DNA from: Dehalococcoidia bacterium
GTDB taxonomy: Bacteria; Chloroflexota; Dehalococcoidia; SM23-28-2; RBG-16-64-32
DNA: 64,000 nucleotides
Assembly: GCA_963665775.2 (NCBI GenBank)
Contig: CAXXTF010000002.1
Coordinates: 512,001-576,000 of the forward strand
Direction: 5' to 3'
The notes beneath the pieces are model-generated. The model saw only the letters and a list, made by a program, of their open reading frames with translations, ran no database searches and had not been told where the DNA came from. Shown in pieces: positions 9,465-18,538 of this stretch. Made by a program: the position numbers and the translations under genes. Each line of letters starts with the position of its first letter. The stretch's first letter is position 1.

Positions 9465-9901
9465 CTCCCCAGCCGGTCCTCAAGGTGAAGCGGCTGCATC
9501 CTGGGGCCCGCCTGCCACAGCGGGCCACCCCCGGCTCTACCGGCTACGACCTGTACGCCTGCCTTGAGGGGCAGGAGCTGGAGATCGGTCAGACGCCCGT
9601 ACGGGTGCCCACCGGCATCGCCATCGAGGCGCCGCCGGGGCTGGACATTCAGGTGCGTCCACGCTCGGGCCTCTCGGCGCACGGGGTCATAGTCACCTTC
9701 GGCACCATCGACAGCGACTACCGGGGCGAGCTGCTGGTCAATATGTACGTCCTGCCTCACCGCGACCACCACATCGTTCGTCACGGAGACCGCGTCGCCC
9801 AGCTTGTCGTCACTATGTTGGCCAATGTCCGGGTAGAGGAGGCGACCGAGCTGAGCGCCTCGATGCGAGACACCGGCGGCCACGGCTCGACGGGCAGCTA
9901 G
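9461..9901 (+). CDS. dut: dUTP diphosphatase
   Basis: GYDL, PRSGL, GTIDSDYRGE, GDRVAQL, R.TGGHGSTG motifs. Confidence 0.95.
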   Translation: MTPQPVLKVKRLHPGARLPQRATPGSTGYDLYACLEGQELEIGQTPVRVPTGIAIEAPPGLDIQVRPRSGLSAHGVIVTFGTIDSDYRGELLVNMYVLPHRDHHIVRHGDRVAQLVVTMLANVRVEEATELSASMRDTGGHGSTGS

Positions 9902-9911
9902 CCCACCCGGA

Positions 9912-11540
9912 TCAGGCGCTATTCGGACCGGGAAGGGAGAGCGGAGATAGACGTCGCAGGGCAGCGATCACGCCGCGCGCCTGCGCCGCCAGGGGCCGCC
10001 TCGTGTCCACCACGACGTGTCGCTCCGGAGGCACCTCGGATGGGCGCTGGAAGGTCCGCTTCTGGGCCGCGTATGTCTCCCAGCGGGCGTCTGACGGGTC
10101 GCCGCCCTCTCGCAATCGACGGGCCAGCCGTCGCCGCACCGCGGAGTCGCTGACCTCGAGCTCCAGGCAGACGAACTGAGCGCCCAGCTCCCCAGCCAGC
10201 CGCCGGGCCGAGCGACGATATTGCCGTCGAATGAAGGAGGCGTCGAGGATGACCGAGCGGCCCTCGGCCAGGGCCTGACGGGCGCTCTCCAGGATCGCCG
10301 CGTAGGTGCGATCCGTGAACTCCGGCGAGTAGATGCCGCCGCGGAACGGCTCGAAGCGGTGCTCGGACTCTTCCAGGCCGGCCAGGGCTTTACGCACCCT
10401 ATCCGAAGAGATTACCTCGAAGCCTGCCATTTCGCTAAGCTGGCGGGCCAGGGTAGACTTGCCGCTGGCTGTGGCGCCGCAGGTGATGATGAGCAACGGC
10501 GGCGGGAGCGAGGCCGTGTAGCCGCAGGCCAGCTCGAAATAGCGTCGGGTGGCCTCACGCGCCGCCCGCCGCTCGGAGGCCGCGACCCCCGGCTGGCTCA
10601 GGCGGAAGCCCTCCACCTTGCCGCGCACGCAGGCGCGATAGCACTTGTAGAAGTCGATAACGTCGCGCAGCCCATCATCGCCGGAAACCTCGACATACCG
10701 GTCGACGAAGGCCTGGGCCAGATCCGGGCGGCCTCGGTAGTCCAGGTCCATCGCCAGGAAGCCCACGTCTCCCGCCACGTCCGTGTAGCGAAACCGACGG
10801 TTGAACTCGATGCAATCGAAGAGGCAGAGGCCGTCCACGAAGCAGATGGCGTCGGAGCGCAGGTCGCCGTGGCAGTCACGGATGCGAAGCTGATCGACGC
10901 GACCCTTGAGGAGAGCGCGGCCTCGCGCGAAGAAGGCCTCGCCGTAGGCGCGCAGGATGCGGTCCTGCTCCTCCCTAATCGTCTGGCCGATGTCGGCAGC
11001 CCACTGGCGGAGGTTCTCGCCCCAGGCATAGCGGATGGCCCACTCCCCGTACCGGGCGATGCGAGGGTTGCTTTCCGCATCCCGGTGGAAGGCGGCCAGA
11101 CGGTCGGCGACCCGCTGCACCATCGCTGTGGTGACTCTCCCTTGGGCCAGCAAGTGGTCCATCATCCGTTCAGCGGGGAGGCGGCGCATGTGCACGGCGT
11201 ACTCGACGACCCGGCCCGGTCCGTCAATCGAGACAGCGTCGCCGCCCCTTCGGCTGGACTCAGGGCGGGTTCGCCGGATGCGGCTAACGCCCAGGTACGT
11301 ATCGGGGCAGAGGCGGGAGTTGAGGATGATCTCCTGCCGGCAGTAGTAGCGGCGCTTGGCCAGAGTGGAGAAATCGAGAAAGCCGAAGTCGAGAGGCTTC
11401 TTAATCTTGTAGACGTGGTCGCCGGCCAGGAGGACGTAGGAGATGTGGGTCTGTAGCAGCTGCACACGCTCGACAGGGTGGGGGTAAGCGGAGGGGCGGA
11501 GAAGGGCGCGGATGAGAGGCGGTAGCTCAGCTTTCGGCAT
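9912..11540 (-). CDS. bifunctional aminoglycoside-phosphotransferase-like kinase / AAA_33 P-loop protein
   Basis: THISYV..YKIKK, CHGDL, FDCIEFN; C-terminal GATASGKS; carries an in-frame repeat insertion (RPESSRR). Confidence 0.9.
   Translation of the reverse strand: MPKAELPPLIRALLRPSAYPHPVERVQLLQTHISYVLLAGDHVYKIKKPLDFGFLDFSTLAKRRYYCRQEIILNSRLCPDTYLGVSRIRRTRPESSRRGGDAVSIDGPGRVVEYAVHMRRLPAERMMDHLLAQGRVTTAMVQRVADRLAAFHRDAESNPRIARYGEWAIRYAWGENLRQWAADIGQTIREEQDRILRAYGEAFFARGRALLKGRVDQLRIRDCHGDLRSDAICFVDGLCLFDCIEFNRRFRYTDVAGDVGFLAMDLDYRGRPDLAQAFVDRYVEVSGDDGLRDVIDFYKCYRACVRGKVEGFRLSQPGVAASERRAAREATRRYFELACGYTASLPPPLLIITCGATASGKSTLARQLSEMAGFEVISSDRVRKALAGLEESEHRFEPFRGGIYSPEFTDRTYAAILESARQALAEGRSVILDASFIRRQYRRSARRLAGELGAQFVCLELEVSDSAVRRRLARRLREGGDPSDARWETYAAQKRTFQRPSEVPPERHVVVDTRRPLAAQARGVIAALRRLSPLSLPGPNSA
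11246..11267 (-). repeat. short repeat element inside a CDS
   Basis: Reverse complement CGCCCTGAGTCCAGCCGAAGGG matches the CTGAG..CGAAGG family seen at 16768, 37688, 41191 and 63043. Confidence 0.6.
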
Positions 11541-11643
11541 GCCGGGGACAGTATATCAATGGGAGGGTTGAGGGCCTAGAAGTGGGGCCGGCCGGCGCCG
11601 CCGCCTTGTTTCCGAGCCTGAGCCGTGCAAAAATACATTCGGT

Positions 11644-12960
11644 ATGCAAGGTAGGCCAGCTTCTCAGATGCCCGAAGGGGCAGCCTTCCGCCGCCACTCG
11701 GCGGAGGCGGACGCCCGAGCGGGGGCGCGTCCCTATGCCGAGTACCAGGCCATCGACTTCAACTTACAGCCGTTTACGGTGGCCTGGGAGGTCACCCGCG
11801 CCTGCGCCCTGAAGTGCGTACACTGCCGGGCGGAGGCGATCCCCCGACGCGACCCCCTGGAGCTGACCACGGAGGAAGGCTTCCGGCTCATCGACGAGCT
11901 GAAGGAGATCGGCGGGCCCATTCTCGTCATCACCGGCGGCGACCCGATGATGCGGCGGGACGTGTACGACCTGATCTCGTACGGCGCCAAGGAGAAGGGG
12001 ATGCGGGTAGCCCTGTCGCCCAGCGCGACGGCGCTCGTCACTCGGAAGGCGCTGGCCAAGGCGAAGGAGTGTGGCCTGCTGCGAACCCATATCTCCGTGG
12101 ACGGGTCGAACGCGGCCATCCACGATGCGTTCCGGCAGAGTCCGGGGTCGTTCCGGCGGACGGTGGAGATCCTCGACACCCTGTCCGAGCTGGGGATGTC
12201 GATTCAGATCGGGACGACGGTGAGCCGCTTCAGCCTGCACGATCTGCCGGCGATCCAGGAGATGATATCGAAGTACAACGTGGTGATGTGGAACCTGTTC
12301 TTCCTGGTGCCGACCGGCCGCGGCACGGCCGAGGACATGATCAGCCCGGAGGAGCATGAGCAGGTGTTCCACTGGATGTACGACATCGCCAAGACGGCGT
12401 CCTTCGACGTGCGCTCTACAGCGGCGATGCACTACCGGCGGCTGGTTATCCAGCGGCGCCGTGCGGAGCAGGCTGCGGAAGCGCAAGGCGGTGGCGATGA
12501 CGGTGAGACAACGAAGCGGGAGGGCCCGGCGGGTCACCTCACGGGGGCGGGCTACAGCTTTCAGGATGGGCTGGGGCAGAGCGCCATGAAAGGGGTCAAC
12601 GACGGCAGCGGTTTCGCCTTCGTGGATCATCTGGGCAACGTCTGTCCTTCCGGCTTCCTCGGTCTCCCGGCGGGGAACCTGCGGGACCGATCGTTCACCG
12701 AGATCTACCGCGATTCGCCGCTGTTTCGGCAACTGCGGGACAGCTCCCTGCTCAAAGGCAAGTGCGGAGTGTGTGACTTCCGGGAGGTGTGCGGCGGCTC
12801 GCGGGCGCGGGCCTTCGCGGTGACCGGAGACTACATGGAAAGTGAGCCATACTGCCTGTACGTGTCGCCGGAGGCCAAAGAGAAGGGTCTAACCGCGCCG
12901 CCACCGGTGCCGCGGCAGCGGCCGGACTCGGACTACATACCGGTCGCAGCCCAAGGATAG
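11644..12960 (+). CDS. radical SAM/SPASM protein (TIGR04053-like; NirJ/AhbD-related)
   Basis: WEVTRACALKCVHCRA, ITGGDP, FFLVPTGRG, KCGVC...CGGSRARA; adjacent to ahbAB. Confidence 0.88.
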   Translation: MQGRPASQMPEGAAFRRHSAEADARAGARPYAEYQAIDFNLQPFTVAWEVTRACALKCVHCRAEAIPRRDPLELTTEEGFRLIDELKEIGGPILVITGGDPMMRRDVYDLISYGAKEKGMRVALSPSATALVTRKALAKAKECGLLRTHISVDGSNAAIHDAFRQSPGSFRRTVEILDTLSELGMSIQIGTTVSRFSLHDLPAIQEMISKYNVVMWNLFFLVPTGRGTAEDMISPEEHEQVFHWMYDIAKTASFDVRSTAAMHYRRLVIQRRRAEQAAEAQGGGDDGETTKREGPAGHLTGAGYSFQDGLGQSAMKGVNDGSGFAFVDHLGNVCPSGFLGLPAGNLRDRSFTEIYRDSPLFRQLRDSSLLKGKCGVCDFREVCGGSRARAFAVTGDYMESEPYCLYVSPEAKEKGLTAPPPVPRQRPDSDYIPVAAQG

Positions 12961-12967
12961 CTGCCCC

Positions 12968-13426
12968 ATGGCTATCGCTCTCGACCGCACTGATAAGCAT
13001 CTCATCAACCGGCTGCAGAGAGGGTTTCCGCTGTCGTCGCGGCCCTACCGGGAGGTCGCGGACGTGCTCGGCGTAGAGGAGCGGGAGGTTATCGATCGGC
13101 TGCGGCGACTTCTGGATGAGGGGGCCCTGACCCGTCTGGGAGCGATCGTGAGCGCGGCTGACGTAGGTGGCCAGCGAACTCTGGCCGCCGTGGCAGCCCC
13201 GCCCGAGCGGCTGGAGAGCGTCATTGAGGCGATCAACCGACACCCCGACGTCTCGCACAACTATGAGCGCACCCATCCTTATAACGTCTGGTTCGTGATC
13301 TCCTCGGAGGACGCGGAGGCCATCGAGCGCGTCATCGCAGAGGTCGAGCGAGACACGGGACTGACCGTGATCAACCTGCCTTCTCTGGAGGAGTACCGGG
13401 TGGAGTTCTACTACGAGTTGACATGA
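12968..13426 (+). CDS. ahbA: siroheme decarboxylase alpha subunit (AhbA/NirD-G like)
   Basis: LQRGFPLSSRPY, VSHNYER, NVWF. Confidence 0.85.
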   Translation: MAIALDRTDKHLINRLQRGFPLSSRPYREVADVLGVEEREVIDRLRRLLDEGALTRLGAIVSAADVGGQRTLAAVAAPPERLESVIEAINRHPDVSHNYERTHPYNVWFVISSEDAEAIERVIAEVERDTGLTVINLPSLEEYRVEFYYELT

Positions 13427-13962
13427 CCGAAGCGCGAGAGAGGATACGGGACACCAGACAGGGACTCTCCGACGAGGAGCGATCCCTCCTGCTCATCGTG
13501 CAGGACGGGATACCGCTCGTACCGGAGCCATACGCCGAGATTGCGGCTCGCCTGGGTCGCAGCGAGGGGCAGGTGCTCGCCACCCTGCACTCGCTCCTGG
13601 AGCGAGGGGTGATAAAAAGGCTGGCGGCTGTGCCTAACCACTACGCCCTGGGTGTGACGGCCAACGGAATGTCCGTCTGGGATGTGCCGGATGATACGGT
13701 GAGCGAGATGGGCCAGCGGCTGGCGGAGAGGTCGGAGGTGACCCACTGCTATCGCCGTCCCCGGCAGCCGGGCTGGCCGTATAACCTGTTTGGCATGGTC
13801 CATGGAACCTCGCGGGAAGAGGTGCTCTCCAAGATCGACAGCATTTCGCAGGAGATGGGGTTGGAAGGGTTCCCACACGACGTTCTGTTCAGCACTCGCC
13901 TCCTCAAAAAGCAAGGCATGCGGGTACGCGAGAGGGCGAAGTCGGCAGCCGTTGAAGAGTAG
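13423..13962 (+). CDS. ahbB: siroheme decarboxylase beta subunit (AhbB/NirH like)
   Basis: IPLVPEPY, ANGMSVW, VTHCYRR, WPYNLFGMVH, LFSTRLLKK. Confidence 0.87.
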   Translation: MTEARERIRDTRQGLSDEERSLLLIVQDGIPLVPEPYAEIAARLGRSEGQVLATLHSLLERGVIKRLAAVPNHYALGVTANGMSVWDVPDDTVSEMGQRLAERSEVTHCYRRPRQPGWPYNLFGMVHGTSREEVLSKIDSISQEMGLEGFPHDVLFSTRLLKKQGMRVRERAKSAAVEE

Positions 13963-14024
13963 TCCTGCCCCGCTGGAGGCGGTAGAGGCTGCGATACCCC
14001 TCTGCTAGACTAGATAGCGTAACG

Positions 14025-14432
14025 ATGGCACCGCGGCAATTTACCCTGGAAGAGGCCGAAAGCCTGCTGCAAAATCTGACTGACCTGATTCTGCGTATCC
14101 AAGAGCGGAAGCAGGAACATGAGCGCTTCCACATGAAGGGGTTGGAGCTGGAGCAGAAGATGGCTGGCAATGGCCACGTGGGGGAAGGGCCCCTGAAGGA
14201 GGCGCGGCAGGGAATGGCGAATGCGGTCGCCCAGGTGAATGCTCTGGTCCAGGAGGTGGAGGCGCTGGGCTGTGAACTGAAGGACATCGACCAGGGGCTG
14301 GTGGATTTCCGAAGCGTGATGGGGGAGGAAGAGGTCTACCTCTGTTGGAAGCTGGGAGAGCCGGGCATTGGCTGGTGGCACAGCCTGGAGACGGGCTTCG
14401 CCGCACGGCAGCCCCTCTCGGAGCGAAGATGA
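14025..14432 (+). CDS. DUF2203 family protein
   Basis: FTLEEA, LKD...GLVDF, VYLCWKLGE..I.WWH...GF..R. Confidence 0.88.
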   Translation: MAPRQFTLEEAESLLQNLTDLILRIQERKQEHERFHMKGLELEQKMAGNGHVGEGPLKEARQGMANAVAQVNALVQEVEALGCELKDIDQGLVDFRSVMGEEEVYLCWKLGEPGIGWWHSLETGFAARQPLSERR

Positions 14433-14911
14433 CAGAAGAAGCGTCCAGCACAGCAACCGAAATGGAAGAGATCCTTCGGCGCCTCGATCAGGCCAAGCAG
14501 GAGCTACTCGATGCCCTAGAGGGCTGCGATCCGGAGCGGTTCGCTTGGGAAAACACCGACGGCGACTCCCTCAAACGAATCCTGGAGCGGACGGCTGACG
14601 ATATAAGCTTTCACTATGGACGGCTGATAGCACGGACGTTGTCGCAACCGCCGCCGCCATGTTCTCAGAAGGCGGACTTCGCGTCGCTGCGGGAGGCCAC
14701 CGTGTCCCTGCAGGTAGTACAGCGGCGCCTCTCCATCCTCCTGCACGACCTCTCCTCCGCCGATCTGGCCCGCAAGGCGACCGATGCTGAGCTCGGCGAC
14801 TACACCTTGCAGCAGGCGCTGGAGATGGCCGTGGCCCACTACAGGATGCGGGCCCCGCAGGTGCAGCGCATCGCAACCGACGCAGCTGAGGTGGCCAAGG
14901 GCAGACGGTGA
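14429..14911 (+). CDS. DinB-like four-helix protein
   Basis: ATGA-coupled to DUF2203; helical pattern ending ...AVAHYRMR. Confidence 0.6.
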   Translation: MTEEASSTATEMEEILRRLDQAKQELLDALEGCDPERFAWENTDGDSLKRILERTADDISFHYGRLIARTLSQPPPPCSQKADFASLREATVSLQVVQRRLSILLHDLSSADLARKATDAELGDYTLQQALEMAVAHYRMRAPQVQRIATDAAEVAKGRR

Positions 14912-14939
14912 CCTCACGAGCGAGCCCCGCCGTCCGGCG

Positions 14940-15680
14940 ATGAACAGCGGCAAGCCGCCGGTGCGCATCGCCCACGCCTACGGCAACGATCGCGAGGAGC
15001 TGCGGCGGGCGCTGGCCGCTCCCATCGACATCATCGAGGCGGACATCTGGCTTCAGCCTGACAACGTCTGGATCCGGCATGAGCGCCGGCTGGGCCCGAT
15101 ACCCCTCCTGGCGGATAGACGGATGCCGGGCCATTTCGCTGGCGGCCTGGCCCTGCCGATCTGGCCAAGCTATTACGTTCGGCCCGATCTCAACCCGTTG
15201 AGCCTGGACGAGCTGCTGGACACGGCGATCGGCAAGCGCCGGCTCCTCCTCGACGCCAAGGGAGGGGACAGTGCGGCCAAGAATGATACCCTTCTCGCCA
15301 GGCTGGGCGAGCGGCTGTCCCAGCCCGGCGTCCGGGAGAACGTTGCGCTCTGTGGACAGAACTGGACCCTGCTGAGCCGCCTGCGAGAGCTGGCGCCGAA
15401 GCTGGAGGTTCGCTTCACCATCCAAACGCCACGGCAGTGGGAGACGTTCCGCGGCGCGCTCAGCGGCGCTTATGGGGTGCGGCAAGTATGTATGGAGCGT
15501 CTGCTGATGGGTGAGAATAGGATGAGCATCCTCGAAGAGGAAGGGATAGACGTCTACTGCTGGACGGTGGACGATTCAGCGGAGGCGACGCGGCTCTTGG
15601 CGGCAGGGGTAGACGGAATCATCAGCAACAACCTGGGGCTCCTGTCATCCCTCGAGCGCTCCCCCGCTGTCGACGGCTAG
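14940..15680 (+). CDS. glycerophosphodiester phosphodiesterase-like protein
   Basis: IAH, IEADI, LLLDAK, VYCWTVD, GVDGIISN. Confidence 0.85.
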   Translation: MNSGKPPVRIAHAYGNDREELRRALAAPIDIIEADIWLQPDNVWIRHERRLGPIPLLADRRMPGHFAGGLALPIWPSYYVRPDLNPLSLDELLDTAIGKRRLLLDAKGGDSAAKNDTLLARLGERLSQPGVRENVALCGQNWTLLSRLRELAPKLEVRFTIQTPRQWETFRGALSGAYGVRQVCMERLLMGENRMSILEEEGIDVYCWTVDDSAEATRLLAAGVDGIISNNLGLLSSLERSPAVDG

Positions 15681-16795
15681 GTGCGAACGCGATGGGGGAT
15701 GAGGTGTACGGCCGTGGCCTTGAACGAGGCCACCACTCGGCTGCCAGGAGCCAGGGCGAGGTCGTCCAGGGACTGCTTGGTGATAAGGGCTACCATGCTG
15801 AAACCGGCGTCCAGCTGTACACGGGCGTGCGGGCCGGTGGAGAGGATACGGCTCACCACCGCCGGGAGATGGTTGCGGGCGCTGGTGGGGCTGGGGTGAT
15901 CCGAGGCTGGGCTGAGGATCACATCCTCGGGTCGCAGGCACACCAGGACATCGGCGCCGGGCTCGTGGGCCGCGACGGCCTCTACTAGCTGACCGGCCAC
16001 GTCCACCACGGCCAGCCCTCCCGCCAGGGACAGTACCCGCCCTGGCGCGATCGTCTCGATGCCGACGAAGGCGGCTACCTCCTCGTCCACAGGCATGGCG
16101 AAGACATCCTGAGGCGTGCCCACCTGCCGGACTCGACCGCCGATGAGGACGGCCAGGCGATCGCCCAGGCGAAGAGCCTCGGCGCGGTCATGGGTAACGA
16201 AGACAGTGGCGGTGTTGGTGAGGGCCAGCGCCCTCTCCAGATCGTCGACCAGGGCATCGCGGCTGGGAGCATCCAGGGCGGCGAACGGTTCATCCAGCAG
16301 GAGGGCCTCTGGCTCGAGGGCCAGGGCGCGAGCCAGGCTGACCCGCTGAGCCTCGCCGCCGGAAAGGGTCCGGCCGGAGCGGCGGGCCAGGCCGGCGATG
16401 CCGAAGCGCTCCAGCCACAGTGCGGCACGTCGCTCCCGTTCGGCATGGGGGACACCGCGCAGGGAGAGACCGGAGCGCACGTTCGCCTCCACGCTGGTGT
16501 CCAGCAGGAGGGGCTCCTGAAAGACCACCGCCATGCGGCGTCGATATGCCAGCAGTCCACCCCTGATGGGCTGACCATCGAAGAGGGTCTGGCCACGGGT
16601 TGGCGCTTCCAGGAGGGCCATCGTATGAATGAGGGTGCTCTTGCCGGCGCCGTTCGGGCCCACCACCGCCAGGAGCTTGCCGGGGAAGACATCGAGGGAT
16701 GAGACCGTCAGGATCGGCGATCCTCCTCGCTCCACCACCACGTCACGCAGGCCGAGCTTAGCCTGAGCCTGCCCTGAGCCTGTCCAATGGCTCAC
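15677..16795 (-). CDS. tupC: tungstate/molybdate ABC transporter ATPase with C-terminal TOBE domain
   Basis: GPNGAGKS, LSGGE, LLLDEP; TSARN...FKATAVH TOBE; in operon with tupB/tupA. Confidence 0.85.
   Translation of the reverse strand: MSHWTGSGQAQAKLGLRDVVVERGGSPILTVSSLDVFPGKLLAVVGPNGAGKSTLIHTMALLEAPTRGQTLFDGQPIRGGLLAYRRRMAVVFQEPLLLDTSVEANVRSGLSLRGVPHAERERRAALWLERFGIAGLARRSGRTLSGGEAQRVSLARALALEPEALLLDEPFAALDAPSRDALVDDLERALALTNTATVFVTHDRAEALRLGDRLAVLIGGRVRQVGTPQDVFAMPVDEEVAAFVGIETIAPGRVLSLAGGLAVVDVAGQLVEAVAAHEPGADVLVCLRPEDVILSPASDHPSPTSARNHLPAVVSRILSTGPHARVQLDAGFSMVALITKQSLDDLALAPGSRVVASFKATAVHLIPHRVRT
16768..16790 (+). repeat. degenerate repeat element in the tupC 5' end
   Basis: CCTGCCCTGAGCCTGTCCAATGG; shares the CCTGAGC core and has a decayed CGAAGG end. 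Confidence 0.45.
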
Positions 16796-17490
16796 GACAC
16801 CTGTCTCCTCTGCTGAACGATGGTGAGGAGCAGAATGACCGCGAAGATGAGGGCCAGGAGGATGAAGGAGAGGGCCATTGCGCCCTCAAAATCCCCCTGG
16901 CTGACCTTGAGGACGGTGCCCGAGGTGAGGGTACGGGTGGAGCCCTTAATGTTCCCACCCACCATGATAGTGGCACCAACCTCGGAGATGGCAGCACCGA
17001 AGCCCGCCATGACAGCGGCAAGAAGGCCCAGCCGGGCCTCTCGGAACAGGAGCCAGGCGGCCTGCCAGCGGGAGGCGCCGAGGGCGAGGACCTGGAGCCG
17101 CAGCTTGGGGTGGATGCCCTGGAGGGCGGCGGCGCTGATGGCGGTGACAACCGGAGTGGCGATCAACGCCTGCGCGATGATGATGGCTGTGGGGGTGTAG
17201 AGAAGGTGCAACTGACCCAGGGGGCCCGTTCGCCAGAGCATCACGGCAACCACCAGCCCCACCACGACCGGCGGTAACGCCATGCCGGAGTTGAGGAAGC
17301 TTAGCGCTAACGTGCGACCGGGCGGCGCCCGAAAGGCGAGGAAGGAGGCGATGCTGAGGCCGATGGCGAGGGCGATGCCGGTGGCTACAGCCGAGACGGT
17401 GAGCGAGAGAAACGCGATCTCGTACACCTCACCGTTGCCGGTGAAGATGAGGCGGAAGGCCTCACGGATGCCATCCCAGATCAACTCCAT
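16792..17490 (-). CDS. tupB: tungstate ABC transporter permease
   Basis: MALPPVVVGL, GPLG..LLYTP, FGAAISEVGA..MVGGNI. Confidence 0.9.
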   Translation of the reverse strand: MELIWDGIREAFRLIFTGNGEVYEIAFLSLTVSAVATGIALAIGLSIASFLAFRAPPGRTLALSFLNSGMALPPVVVGLVVAVMLWRTGPLGQLHLLYTPTAIIIAQALIATPVVTAISAAALQGIHPKLRLQVLALGASRWQAAWLLFREARLGLLAAVMAGFGAAISEVGATIMVGGNIKGSTRTLTSGTVLKVSQGDFEGAMALSFILLALIFAVILLLTIVQQRRQVS

Positions 17491-17499
17491 GGCTGCCTC

Positions 17500-18378
17500 C
17501 TATCGGCTGAGAGCGCCGGAGCCCGCGATAGCGCGGGTCCTTGCATCGGCGCTCGCCGAGGTGAACAGGCTCTCGCCGTACTCCTCACGGCCGAACTCCT
17601 GGATTATCAGCTGTCCCTGAGGCGAGGTCACGAAATCGGCGAAGGCCAGGGCCGCCTCCACGTTCAGATCGGGGTGGTTCTCCGGGTTAACGCGCATGAC
17701 GGAGTAGCGATTTCTTACCATCTCACCCTCGAAAACGTGAGGCACCAGATCCGTTCTCTCCCCGAAAACGGCGAAGGTAGCGCTGTCCACCAGGGTGTAG
17801 GCACCCTTGTCGCTGGCGATGAGCAGGTTCAGGCCCTGGCCGGTGGCCGATTCCTGGTACCAGCGCTGGCCTCGGGGGTCGATGCCTGTCTCATGCCAGA
17901 TAGCCAGCTCCCTGGCATGAGTGCCGGAGCCATCGCCGCGGCTGACGAAGGCATAGCTGCCTTCCGCGATGCGCCCGAAGGCCTCGGACAGGGTACGGGC
18001 GTTTTCGACCCCGGCGCGGTCGTCCGGCGGCCCGGCAATGATGAAGAGGTTCTCCATGAGAGGACGCCGGTCGATGCCGTGGCCCTCGGTTAGGAACTCC
18101 TCCTCGGCGTCGGGGGAGTGGGTGATGAGCAGATCGATCTCGCCCTGGCGGGCCAACTCCAGCACCTGACCGGAGCCCGCCACCAGGGGCGCCACCCCGG
18201 AAACGTCGTAGCCGCTCTCCTTCTTGAAAGCGCTCACCAGTTCGTCCAGCAGCCCGGTGTCCTGGAGGCTGGTGGTCGCGCCCAGGATCAGCTCATTGCC
18301 GCCGCCGCAGCCGGCTAGCGAGAGTGACAGGAGGACAAAGGCCCCAAGGGCGAGAATCCGTCTTTGGCCTTTCGGCAT
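17500..18378 (-). CDS. tupA: tungstate-binding lipoprotein TupA, paralog 2
   Basis: Lipobox LAGC; GATTSLQDTGLL, GSGQ, FVSRGDGSGTH, YTLVD. Confidence 0.87.
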   Translation of the reverse strand: MPKGQRRILALGAFVLLSLSLAGCGGGNELILGATTSLQDTGLLDELVSAFKKESGYDVSGVAPLVAGSGQVLELARQGEIDLLITHSPDAEEEFLTEGHGIDRRPLMENLFIIAGPPDDRAGVENARTLSEAFGRIAEGSYAFVSRGDGSGTHARELAIWHETGIDPRGQRWYQESATGQGLNLLIASDKGAYTLVDSATFAVFGERTDLVPHVFEGEMVRNRYSVMRVNPENHPDLNVEAALAFADFVTSPQGQLIIQEFGREEYGESLFTSASADARTRAIAGSGALSR

Positions 18379-18381
18379 TGG

Positions 18382-18520
18382 CTAGGGCTGCCCCTCCATC
18401 CCAGGGTCCGTTCGATGCAATGAGTTGAGGACGAATAGAGCCTCTCCGTTCGGCTCGTCCCTTCTAGATGATAAGTGGATGTTTGGAATTGGGCAAAGGC
18501 GCCGCGCCGGGTGGCACATC
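18382..18520 (-). pseudogene. relic 3' end of a third tupA copy
   Basis: Minus-strand fragments AFAQFQTS and GEALFV...GMEGQP* match the paralog-1 end AFAAFITS...GRPLFV...GMEAQP*; ~22-bp near-identical repeat 18380-18401 vs 18537-18559. Confidence 0.6.
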
Positions 18521-18538
18521 CCGCCTCCCGTCTGTGGG

